A stretch of 46,353 nucleotides of DNA from Clostridia bacterium (GTDB lineage: Bacteria; Bacillota; Clostridia; Christensenellales; UBA1242): assembly GCA_017444895.1 (NCBI GenBank), contig JAFSVR010000025.1:1-46353 (forward strand). The letters are read 5' to 3'. Made by a program: the position numbers and the translations under genes. Shown here piece after piece: positions 8,733-18,600 of the stretch. Each line of letters opens with the position of its first letter. The first letter of the stretch is position 1. Under the pieces are notes generated by a model. That model ran no database searches and was not told where the DNA came from. It saw nothing but the letters and a program-made list of their open reading frames with translations.

Positions 8733-10253
8733 TTATAAGATTTCAATTTTCTTACCAAAATTCTTTTCAAAATCTTTTGAACACTCGCTTGCCTTTTCAA
8801 TTTCATAGGCATTATCACCAACAGCAATCGTCTTCATTATAACTGAATCACCAAGAACATCACAGTTAATATCAACAATAACATTGTTTTTAACCCTGTC
8901 AAATGATTCTGCAAGCCTGATTATGATTCCAAGCTTTTTAACGGCATTAATATCTTCTTCAGTTATAAGATCTCTGTATTTTATAAACTCACTCATTGGT
9001 ATGCTATCGCCCGTGTGGAGCGCCAAAGCGAACCCCGCAAGCACAAGCTCTCTATGTGTTACGCCATAAATCTCAGATCCAAGCAAAACACTAAAACCAT
9101 TTTTTGCATGCCCAATGTGGCCAATGCGTTCTCCACAGTCATGCATATAAGCCGCAAGACGCAAAATGCGCGTGTAGCCCCTTGGAAGTTTATGCAAAAC
9201 TCTCAGTTGTTTGAACAACAATAACGAAAGATTATAAACCTGCTCATTATGTTTGTCATTTGGCGCATCAAAGAAATGTGATTGCCCGATAATGCTATAC
9301 CCAAGAACATCACTTATTGGCTTTTCTTGGCAAGCAGAAATTTCTTCCTTAAACAATATGCCATGCTCAACGCCCCTGTTAGAAATAACAAACTTATCTC
9401 CTGCAAACTTTTCACTTACGCACATTGCAATTATCATTGACGCAACAAAAACATCTGCACGCTTCTCACCAACGCCTTTAATCTTCTTAGTTTTGTCAAT
9501 GCTGGCGCTTTTGATTTGCTCATAAACGCTTGCAATATCAGCAACATCAAGATTATAGTTGTTAACCAAATCAAGAGGATATTTTCTATACCTTTTTGCC
9601 ATTGTTGCAATGTCTTCAAACAATGCACCACTACCAATCAAGCCATAATCTTCTTCCATTGGTTCAATCCAAACAACCTTTGCAAGCTCTTCTCTAACCT
9701 TGTTGGCCATTTCTTTCAAGTCTGCTTCTTTGTTTTGCTCATTAAGATCATAAGCATCAGCCAAAGTTAGCGGCCCAAAACCAAGTGTTGTTTGGTTCAA
9801 AATGGAACGCCTGTTATAAACAACAATCCTAGTGTTTTCTTGATCTATATGGCATATAACACCCTTTGGAACATCAAACGAATTGATGATGGCATTATAT
9901 ATATAATTATTTTTTTCTTCATCTGAAAGAATTTCAAATCTGAAACCACACAAATTGAACACTTCATCAAAGAAACTATGCATATTCTTTGGTTTCTGAT
10001 TTTCGTTGAAAGATGCAACAGCAATAACCTTGTCAACTTCATAAAGTTCACAAATCTTTCTTAGGTTTTTGAGAGCTTTGATTGTTGCATCAATTTGACT
10101 TTTCTTCCAAAACATATCTGAATCTGGCTCAAGCAACAACTTAAGTTCTTCTTTTTCACTATCAGTTATTGCAAAATAATTGCCATCTTCAACCTTAACG
10201 ATACTGAGCTTTGCACTAAAACTATCAACTGAAATAACTGCAACTTTTTCCAA
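8733..10253 (-). CDS. Ppx/GppA-family protein with C-terminal HD-like domain (catalytic motifs degenerate)
   Basis: Overall layout, GSG, GVGEKRADVFV, GVEHGIL, H..QVYNLSLLLF.QL, AAYMHDCG, GVTHRE. Confidence 0.8.
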   Translation of the reverse strand: MEKVAVISVDSFSAKLSIVKVEDGNYFAITDSEKEELKLLLEPDSDMFWKKSQIDATIKALKNLRKICELYEVDKVIAVASFNENQKPKNMHSFFDEVFNLCGFRFEILSDEEKNNYIYNAIINSFDVPKGVICHIDQENTRIVVYNRRSILNQTTLGFGPLTLADAYDLNEQNKEADLKEMANKVREELAKVVWIEPMEEDYGLIGSGALFEDIATMAKRYRKYPLDLVNNYNLDVADIASVYEQIKSASIDKTKKIKGVGEKRADVFVASMIIAMCVSEKFAGDKFVISNRGVEHGILFKEEISACQEKPISDVLGYSIIGQSHFFDAPNDKHNEQVYNLSLLLFKQLRVLHKLPRGYTRILRLAAYMHDCGERIGHIGHAKNGFSVLLGSEIYGVTHRELVLAGFALALHTGDSIPMSEFIKYRDLITEEDINAVKKLGIIIRLAESFDRVKNNVIVDINCDVLGDSVIMKTIAVGDNAYEIEKASECSKDFEKNFGKKIEIL

Positions 10254-10367
10254 AATGCCAATCTCCTTATGTTTTTGTTAACTCAATTATAACACATCAA
10301 TTTTTGTTTGCATAGTTTTAATTTTGAGAAATTTATAACCCAAATTTACACCCTTTGCAAACCCACA

Positions 10368-11165
10368 CTATATCCTTGTTATGCAATGATTTGGGCAAAC
10401 CTTAACACATTTATTGCAATGAATACACTTGTCTTCAATGACAACAGGAACACCATTTTCAATTTTAATTGCGCCTGCCGGGCACACTTCAACACAATGC
10501 ATACACTTAATGCATCCAACCTCACACCCAAAGCACTCACCAACAGTTTCTGTTTTGTTATTGCAAGCAACGGCAACTCTTTGAGTGTAAGGAATAAGTT
10601 TGATTAAGTTGTTTGGGCAAGCAAGAACACAGTTTCCGCACCCCATACAAACTTCTGGATCAATAATCGCAACACCCCTCTCTGTTATGCTGATTGCGCT
10701 GAAAGGACAAGCCTTTGCACAATCTCCACAACCAAGACAGGCGTATTCGCAAGATTTGCAACCGCTATGGAACTTATTAAGGCTTGCGCAAGATTGATCA
10801 CCGGTATATTCAAATGTCTTTGGGCATCTGCTTCCACCCTTACATTTAACAAAAGCAACCTGCTTCACATTTGCAATGGCATCGCCAACAAAAGAGCCAT
10901 CAATTTTAGCTCTGTTTGCAAAAGTGACAAATGGGCATTCTTCGGCCTTGCCCTTGTTTTCAACAATATCTTGAGCAAGTTTTTTGCAATACTCTCTTCC
11001 ACACGCCCCACAGTTTTCTCCTGGAAGCAAAGATGTAACCATGTCAATTGCGGAATTGCTTGGCTTTTGTCTTTTAATTAAAAATGAAACAAACAAAACA
11101 ACTAGCAAGGTAAAAACTGCAACACCCGCCAAAACGCCAACAACTATCCAAAAAGATTCTCCCAT
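10368..11165 (-). CDS. rnfB: RnfB-like membrane-anchored polyferredoxin
   Basis: N-terminal TM, LPGENCGACG...C...CP, four CxxCxxCxxxCP motifs. Confidence 0.9.
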   Translation of the reverse strand: MGESFWIVVGVLAGVAVFTLLVVLFVSFLIKRQKPSNSAIDMVTSLLPGENCGACGREYCKKLAQDIVENKGKAEECPFVTFANRAKIDGSFVGDAIANVKQVAFVKCKGGSRCPKTFEYTGDQSCASLNKFHSGCKSCEYACLGCGDCAKACPFSAISITERGVAIIDPEVCMGCGNCVLACPNNLIKLIPYTQRVAVACNNKTETVGECFGCEVGCIKCMHCVEVCPAGAIKIENGVPVVIEDKCIHCNKCVKVCPNHCITRI

Positions 11166-11176
11166 ATTTTTCTCCC

Positions 11177-11746
11177 TTAAATCAACACTTCAAAGCCGGC
11201 AAAAGCAAAACCTATGATTGCCATAAGAACCAAAAGCAAAGGCAAGCCCCTAAGGCTATTTGGAGCATATGGCCCATTGATTTTATAGTACGCCCCATAA
11301 ACAATAAAATTAACGATAACAAAGCCCAAGCTATAGAAAACAAGCGATAAAATATAATTAACAAAAACCTGGTTAACAATAGAATAAATCAGAACGCCAA
11401 CGCATGAAACAAACATAAACAAAAATGTATAACTTTTTTCATAGATATAAAACGCTTCTTTGTTGAGCGCCCTGAAAATGAAATATCCAAGAAAACTAAA
11501 CAACCCAACCAACGCAACAATTATCATGAGTTTTGCATATTGAACTGAATAATCTTCAAGAAGACTATAAATAAGATAGTAACCAACTCCTGAGCAAATA
11601 AGAATAAAACTAAACAAAAAGCCCATTAAAGCAGTGTATGGAAAACTTCTTTTATATGCTGAAAGCGTTGGAACTGCAAGCGCTGAAGACGTGCAAACAT
11701 TTGAAGTGAGCATACACGTCAATAAGAGAAACACAACATTACTCAC
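11177..11746 (-). CDS. rnfA: Divergent RnfA-like membrane subunit
   Basis: About six TM segments, PNSLRGLPLLLV..AIIGFAFAGF C-terminal signature, operon position; GTG start at 11746 after GGAGG. Confidence 0.7.
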   Translation of the reverse strand: MSNVVFLLLTCMLTSNVCTSSALAVPTLSAYKRSFPYTALMGFLFSFILICSGVGYYLIYSLLEDYSVQYAKLMIIVALVGLFSFLGYFIFRALNKEAFYIYEKSYTFLFMFVSCVGVLIYSIVNQVFVNYILSLVFYSLGFVIVNFIVYGAYYKINGPYAPNSLRGLPLLLVLMAIIGFAFAGFEVLI

Positions 11747-12473
11747 CTTTTGGCCCCTCCTCTTCTTCTTTCTTCTTTTCAATCAATTCATCTGCCCCAA
11801 AATTTTGCCTTTCACTTGCGTTAACCGCCTCTATTCTGCTTGCATTTCTTTCAATGTTAATTTTCATTTTATATTTTGAAACCAACATATCATATTGCAA
11901 CTTTTTATGCTTTCCCGCAAGATAGAAACTATTGCAGAATGCACAAATAACTGCAAGCAAAACGAGCGCACCAGGCGTGCTTCTCATAAATTCAAGGCCA
12001 CTAAAACCAAGGTCAATATTCCATAGCGTTCCGTGCGCCATAATTTCTCTCACACTTCCAAACAAGAGATAAATTCCAAGGAACAATGGAATTTGAATCA
12101 ATAGTCTATAGAAATAATGCGTGAGTTCGGTTTTAGGATTAACATATATAGTGTCAAGCGCCAAAATACCGGCAGTAACAAGGCAATAATCAATCTTTTC
12201 TCCGGCAGTTGAAAACAGCTTGTTTGGAAACAATGAATAGATATATTGAGCAATGCTTATGACTGCACAAGCAATAATCATAAACACAAAAAACCTCAAA
12301 TTTCTATCCGTCATCTTTTCAAGGATTGAAACAAATGAGATTGCAATTGCATATGCCAAACTGGCAACCAAACCCAAAAACACAATTTCGTTTAACGTTT
12401 GAGCCAGCGTTATAAGAGGCAAAACTGCAAGCGTTGAAATGAATACTGGATTAAGCCCTTCTTTATTGTTCAT
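11739..12473 (-). CDS. rnfE: Divergent RnfE-like membrane subunit with charged C-terminal extension
   Basis: NPVF, R...F.IIA, GSVREIMAHGTLW and PGALVLLA signatures; ATG 12473. Confidence 0.75.
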   Translation of the reverse strand: MNNKEGLNPVFISTLAVLPLITLAQTLNEIVFLGLVASLAYAIAISFVSILEKMTDRNLRFFVFMIIACAVISIAQYIYSLFPNKLFSTAGEKIDYCLVTAGILALDTIYVNPKTELTHYFYRLLIQIPLFLGIYLLFGSVREIMAHGTLWNIDLGFSGLEFMRSTPGALVLLAVICAFCNSFYLAGKHKKLQYDMLVSKYKMKINIERNASRIEAVNASERQNFGADELIEKKKEEEEGPKGE

Positions 12474-13404
12474 CTTGCACCCCCTTGCCAAAATACTTTG
12501 GATATATAACCCTATCTAGAAGAGGCGTGAACAAATTGGCAATAACAAGCGCATAAACAGCGCTCAAATCACCCATCAAATTCATCTTAACAAACACGCC
12601 ACACAAAACCCCAAAAATCAAGGAATATATAATATCCCCTAGCAAGCAGTTCGGGCTGGTTGTGAAATCAACCAACATAAAACAAGCAACAAATATAACA
12701 ATGTTGTTCATCAAAAATGGTGGAACTGCAACAATGTCAAAGCCTGTTAAACAAAAGGCTGTTAAAACATAAAAGCCAATTGCCATAATAGGAACACGAA
12801 TTTTAACAACTCCAAAAATCACAAGCAATACAAAGCCAACCAAAACAGCAACAAGCAGCACTGCTCCAACTGGTGCGGAAACTCTTTTAAGCAAAAGTTC
12901 AAGAGGATTGAAACCAACATAGTTTCCAGACTCCAATCTAACGCCAACTTCTGAAGCATATCCGCTTCCAATGGCCGTTTGCCAAGCACTGCTTCCTGCG
13001 CCAAAAATTGCACTGACTATTATTGCACTTGCCCCAGCTGGATTAACGATATTGTTGGCGTATCCACCAAACATCATTTTAACAACAACTATGGCAAAGA
13101 ACATTGCAATAATAGGAACATATAGCGGTGTTTTTGCCCCACATAAGCAAACAAACATAAGCGCCGTAACAACTGAAGACGCATTTTCTATTTTTAGTTT
13201 TTCATTAACAACAAAGCTATAAAACAATTCAAAGAAAAGCGCACTTGCAACAGAAATTAATGCAAGCAGAAAAATGTTTGTTCCAAGATAAATTGCCCCA
13301 ACTGTTATAAGGCCAATCAAAACAATAACCATCATATACAGCATGAAGCCCGCAGAGTTGTTTTTCTTTATAAAAGGCAAGGGGCCGGCTTTAAGCATCC
13401 TCAT
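12463..13404 (-). CDS. rnfD: Divergent RnfD-like membrane subunit
   Basis: SSVVTALM, FAIVVVKMMFGG..NNIVNPA, FMLVDFTTSP, NLFTPLLDR..PKYFG. Confidence 0.85.
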   Translation of the reverse strand: MRMLKAGPLPFIKKNNSAGFMLYMMVIVLIGLITVGAIYLGTNIFLLALISVASALFFELFYSFVVNEKLKIENASSVVTALMFVCLCGAKTPLYVPIIAMFFAIVVVKMMFGGYANNIVNPAGASAIIVSAIFGAGSSAWQTAIGSGYASEVGVRLESGNYVGFNPLELLLKRVSAPVGAVLLVAVLVGFVLLVIFGVVKIRVPIMAIGFYVLTAFCLTGFDIVAVPPFLMNNIVIFVACFMLVDFTTSPNCLLGDIIYSLIFGVLCGVFVKMNLMGDLSAVYALVIANLFTPLLDRVIYPKYFGKGVQDEQ

Positions 13405-14717
13405 TATAACGTTTCCCCCCTTTTGATTTTATCTTTCATATCACTAATTCGCTGAGCAAGATTACGTTTTGATGGGCAAACATAACTGCAAACCCCACAA
13501 TTAATGCAGGCTTCTGCCCCATATTTTTTACCCCTGCCATAGTCATGCTCAAGAGCATAAGTGTCAAGAGCCATTGGCTCCAATCTTGTTGGACAAACCG
13601 CTGAACATCTTCCACAGTTAATGCAGTCAATTTCATGGTCATCATATTTCTCACCAAATGCAACAATAGCATTTTTAGAAATCGGCAAATTTGTTTCAAG
13701 TTTTATCTGTGCAACACCACTCATTGCCCCGCCGATGGCAAAAGAGGCAAACTTTTCTTTATCCTTAATTCCAAACTGATCAAAAATGACGTTTGCATTA
13801 AGGCCATTTTTAACCCAGGCAAGCCCATTTTCCACAAAGTTATCTCCGCTGATTGTGTAAACCGTTGCAGTTGTTGGGGTGTTATTATAAACGGCGTTAT
13901 AGAAGTTATAACAAGCTTGCGCATTTTCAACAATCATACCCTTGCTTGCAATATCATCATCAATTTTAACCATTGTTTTTGTTAGCTTATAAGCTAATAA
14001 ATGTTCTTCATCAAAAGGATACTTTTTGCTTCCATGAACAAACGTGAACTTTTGAATATCCCCATCAAATCCAAGGAGGTGTTCCTTTATTGCGTTTGAT
14101 ATCACACCTAATTGATCAACGCCAACAAAAACAACCTTCTTGAAGTCAAGAAGTTTAGAAAACAAAACCGCACCGCCAGCAACTTCTCTGGCATAATTCC
14201 TTGCAATAGCGGAGTTTGAACAAACATAACCATCGCTATCATAAAGATTGATTATAAGTGTTTGAGGGTTGGCAACCCCTCTATTAATATACTTTGAATA
14301 TGTTGGATAATTCTTTCCAAAAGTGTCAATAGATCCACTCTCAACAAGCCTTCCAAACAAACTAACCCTTGTTTGTTTTTCAAGGGCCTTAAATTTGATA
14401 TAAACATCTTTTGCGCTTGGAACAATTGTTATTATCTTTGAATGTTGCCCAAGAGAATTCAGTTTATCTTCAATTTTAGAAATATTCCCGCTAACCGGGC
14501 TATAAATGAACGCCGAGGTTTTATCAACAGGTTTAGCAAGAACGCTTCCCGTCTTAACATTTTGACCAACGCTAACAATTGGCTCACTTTCACTCCCCAT
14601 TCCGGGTTTCAAAGCAATGCAAAATTCTTCTGAATTTCGCAATTCCAAAATGTCAGCATTTTTAAGGGCCTTTCGGCACCCCTTAATATAAACCCCGCGA
14701 CAACTCGCTAAAGCCAT
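13404..14717 (-). CDS. rnfC: Divergent RnfC-like subunit
   Basis: N-terminal barrel-sandwich (PIVSVGQNV..G..LA...SPVSG), SLBB region, CINCGRCSAVCP and CINCGVCSYVCPS. Confidence 0.85.
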   Translation of the reverse strand: MALASCRGVYIKGCRKALKNADILELRNSEEFCIALKPGMGSESEPIVSVGQNVKTGSVLAKPVDKTSAFIYSPVSGNISKIEDKLNSLGQHSKIITIVPSAKDVYIKFKALEKQTRVSLFGRLVESGSIDTFGKNYPTYSKYINRGVANPQTLIINLYDSDGYVCSNSAIARNYAREVAGGAVLFSKLLDFKKVVFVGVDQLGVISNAIKEHLLGFDGDIQKFTFVHGSKKYPFDEEHLLAYKLTKTMVKIDDDIASKGMIVENAQACYNFYNAVYNNTPTTATVYTISGDNFVENGLAWVKNGLNANVIFDQFGIKDKEKFASFAIGGAMSGVAQIKLETNLPISKNAIVAFGEKYDDHEIDCINCGRCSAVCPTRLEPMALDTYALEHDYGRGKKYGAEACINCGVCSYVCPSKRNLAQRISDMKDKIKRGETL

Positions 14718-14796
14718 ATTCTTTCCCCCACTCTAACAACTCATATTTTAGCAAAAATGGAAAAGATTGGCAACTAATTAAACCCTTATTATAATA

Positions 14797-15183
14797 TTAT
14801 TTATTTTTATTCTTCTTGGCTTGAGCAATAATAGTAGACAAAATAAGAAAACAACCAAAGCCAACAAGAAAGATCCCAAAGATGATTTGCAGGGTTTTTG
14901 GCTTGGCACGATCTGCAAAAAAAGCACCAAAACCACTAACAACAATCGCAGAAACATAAAGTGGCCAAATGCCAGAAAGTTTCAAAAGCTTCTTTTTTGC
15001 ATACACAATAACACACACCACCCCAATAACAACAAAAACAGCAAGATTAACTCCTTGCGCAACCTTTTGACCAACCCCCATCAAAATGGTAAGCAAAGGT
15101 ATCAAAAAAGTTCCGCCACCCATCCCCATTCCGGCGAGAACTCCACTAAGCAACCCAACCAACACAAAAAACATCCAATCCAT
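14797..15183 (-). CDS. Half-size TSUP (TauE/SafE) family membrane protein
   Basis: GVLAGMGMGGGTFLIPLL...QKVAQGVNL; four TM segments. Confidence 0.85.
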   Translation of the reverse strand: MDWMFFVLVGLLSGVLAGMGMGGGTFLIPLLTILMGVGQKVAQGVNLAVFVVIGVVCVIVYAKKKLLKLSGIWPLYVSAIVVSGFGAFFADRAKPKTLQIIFGIFLVGFGCFLILSTIIAQAKKNKNK

Positions 15184-15545
15184 TAAAATATAAGTTTAAC
15201 CCCCGAAAGAATGATAACAACGCCAAATATATAAACAATTATGTTGTTTTTGAGTTTGGATAATATAACTGTTCCCAAAACTGCGCCAACCAAAGACCCA
15301 ATCAACACAAACAATGAGATGCTAAGGCTGAAATGGCCCAATATAACATATATTATGCCAGACACAGCACAAAGCGGAAGAATAACAAAAATAGCGGTTG
15401 CGTGGGCTTCTTTGGGTTCCAATTTCAAAACATAGCGCAAAACAATAACGGTTAAGATTCCTCCACCTGCCCCCAGAAAGCCATTAACCGCCCCAATCAA
15501 AATCCCGCTCATAATAAGCACAATATAACGGCCTATCTTGTTCAT
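15183..15545 (-). CDS. Half-size TSUP (TauE/SafE) family membrane protein
   Basis: GAVNGFLGAGGG...AHATAIFVILPL; TAATG-coupled to its partner. Confidence 0.85.
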   Translation of the reverse strand: MNKIGRYIVLIMSGILIGAVNGFLGAGGGILTVIVLRYVLKLEPKEAHATAIFVILPLCAVSGIIYVILGHFSLSISLFVLIGSLVGAVLGTVILSKLKNNIIVYIFGVVIILSGVKLIF

Positions 15546-15677
15546 ATGTATATTTTGCGCCACAAGCCAAAAATCTATTAAATTTCTAACTAAAAACTTG
15601 ATTTTTATTTGATTTCCAAGTTATAATTATATATAATATTAAAAGTCAAAAATATCATATTAAAAGGAATGCGATAA

Positions 15678-18600
15678 ATGAAACACAAATCTCAAACACT
15701 AAAACAAAAAATTCTTTCAGTTATTTTAACTCTTGCCGTGGCTTTTGGCGCTTTTTTCAGTTTTTCATATGCCCTGGCAATGAACAAAACTTACGCTTTA
15801 TGGAACGCAACAACAAATTCAAGCGTTTTATCTCTATATGAGAAAGAAGCCCTTAATTTCCAAGGCACAAGTTCTTCTTGGATTCAATCAACAAACTCAA
15901 CAACGCCAAATGATTCGTTTGGGTTTAGTTCTCAGAACATTGTTTTAACAGATCCAACCATTCAATCATTAACAGGCGTAACAACAAGCAGTTCAGGCAA
16001 TCTTCTTGCTGATGAAACCGAAGAAATGAGCGTTCTTGCAATAATTGCACAGAATGCTTTAACAAAAGAAACAATAAGTGAAACATTAACTGATATCTAC
16101 TTCTATTATAGTTTGCCATCTGCAATTTCACTTAATAGCAATAGGTATTATGCTCTTTCTTATTATGTTCTGACTTCCGCAACAGGAACTGTTGATGCAA
16201 GCGTAAGACTTGGGGGATCTCTTGATTTCAACTCAACCCCACTCAACACCAACAACACATGGGAGTTGCACTATATCTTTTTTGCAACAGCAACAACCGG
16301 TTCCCCATCAATGAACATTTCCCTTCAACTTGGCAACAAAACAACAATTGATCCAAACAATTATGCCGATATGGAAAATAAGATTAATGGTTATATCCTT
16401 TTTGATAACCTTTCAGTTTATGAACTTTCTGAATATGAATTTTGCGCTCATAAAATTGGCGATACAACCGTTAACTCTAACTATGAGATATATGATGATC
16501 GTGAGATGATTGCCCTTCCAAATTCAAACGCAACAAACTTCAACGAAATGAATGTTTATGAGCATTTTGAAGAAGAAAAAGGTGTTGACGGCGGAACATT
16601 TGATAAAACTTCTGCTGAATATCTCAGCGCTTATTGGTATTACTACACCGCCGAAAACCTTAAAACCGCCATCGCTAAAAACTACCTTAACGCATATAAC
16701 GCAACCGATGACGGATCTGGCGACAAGACTTATTTTGATTATAGCATTGAAACCGAAAACACCATCACCGCTCTTGGTGGTGGCAACAACTTCACAGAAA
16801 ACAACAAGGTTTTGAAGGTTGTTAACAACAGTGCCATCTATAACCTTGGGTTTATCAGCAAAAACACTTTCACCATTGAACAACACAAACTCTATCGTGT
16901 TTCTGTTTGGGTAAGATCAACAAACCGCAATGCAAATGCAACGTTGATTGTTTTGGGCAAAATCCCAACAGGAAATGATGAAGACGGAACAACCTATTCA
17001 AGAACATATAACAACTCAGCATTCAGTGAGGGCATTTCTTCATATGATAATTGGGTTGAACTTGCAATCTATGTTCGAGGCAACGCTTTCAGAAATCTCA
17101 ACGCTCAAATTGGCTTGCTTGCTGGCCCATCTTCAACAATATATTATGATAACATTAAAGTTCAAGAGGTTGTTTCTAGCGACTATAATAGTTCTGCCTA
17201 TAACCTCGATCTTTCTCCATCAGCAACGCTTCAATCAACGTCAATATCCAATGGATTCTTCAACTATGTAACTATTTCTAAAACAAGTGAAGACACTTAT
17301 CCCCTTGTTCCACAAAGTTGGAAAATTTCAAACACTAATTATGATGAAACAAAAGTTAAATCCGGCGTCGTTGCAACCTCAGCAACCGGCTACACAGATG
17401 CAGTAAAAACATTGCTCGGAAATGTAAACAACCCTATTCCATCTGGGCAAAAGGTTAACGTTCTTGCAATTCATATTCCAAGCAATGCAAAAGTTGATGC
17501 GCTTGAAGATGGCAGTTTCTATTATGAAACTGAAAACTCATTTAGCGTTCCAACATCTGGAGTTGTTAAGGTTTCATTTGATGTGTTCACGGCAAAAACC
17601 GAATCAACACCAGCAAATTTTGTTGGGGACTTAGTTGCAAGCCTAACCACTGGCAACAAGGTTGTTTCTGATTTTATAAGAACATACACAATTCAAGGAA
17701 CTGGAAATTGGCAAACATACACCTTCTATGTTCGTCTTGGAGAAACAAGCCGTTCATTCAAACTTCGTCTTGGCGTTGAAAATGCGCAAGGAACAGTTTT
17801 CTTCAGAAACGTTAAGTACACTTCTGTTAACTCAACGACACAAGCCGGCAAAACAATAACCGCAAACGAACAATTTGAAAAACTTATTGAAGAGAAAAAC
17901 TCTTTTGCCCTTCAAGATGCTAACAATATTCGTCTGGTTGATTATGTTACCGATGCCGGATTCTACCATACAACCAATGCCCTAACTTCTGGCGCATACA
18001 CCAGCAATAACTACACAATAACTGAGGTTAAAGAAGAAAACGCAGTTGTTACGGGTTCTGTTTATATTGCCCCAACAGACACAACCATAACCCTTAAAAA
18101 CGCTGAAGATCAAGACGTTGTTATAGACGCCGCAACCCTAGCAAGGCCTAACGCAAGAACCGGGTATGCACTTGTTATCTTTAATGCTGGTGAATATTAT
18201 TCAACAGCAAAATCTAGTTCAAGTTATGCCCTTCTTGCAAACACATATTATCGTGTTTCTGTTTGGGTTAAAACCGACGCCTCAGCAGCCGGAAAGCTCA
18301 ATATCAAACTTAATGGACTAGACACCGAATTCACCGCCGTTGACACCTCTTCTGAAACCGAAAACAACGGATATGTTGAATACTTTGCACTTGTTAAAAC
18401 TGGAACTTCTAACCTAACCGGTGTTAACCTTGAATTCACTCTTGGAACAACTGATGCAAGAACTTCTGGCTATGCAATTGTGAGTGATATCAATTTTGAA
18501 GTTGTTGAAGAAAGCGCTTATACAACAGAGGTTGAAGCCGTTAAATCTTCAAACAACACCAAGGCCGCAGTTAAGGACTACACCCCAGCTGAAAGCACTA

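Noticed and set aside
14797-15545. Two half-length TauE genes as a possible split pseudogene
   Set aside because: Each half starts with its own GxxxGxxGxGGG repeat and they are TAATG-coupled; tandem half-size TSUP pairs are a normal arrangement
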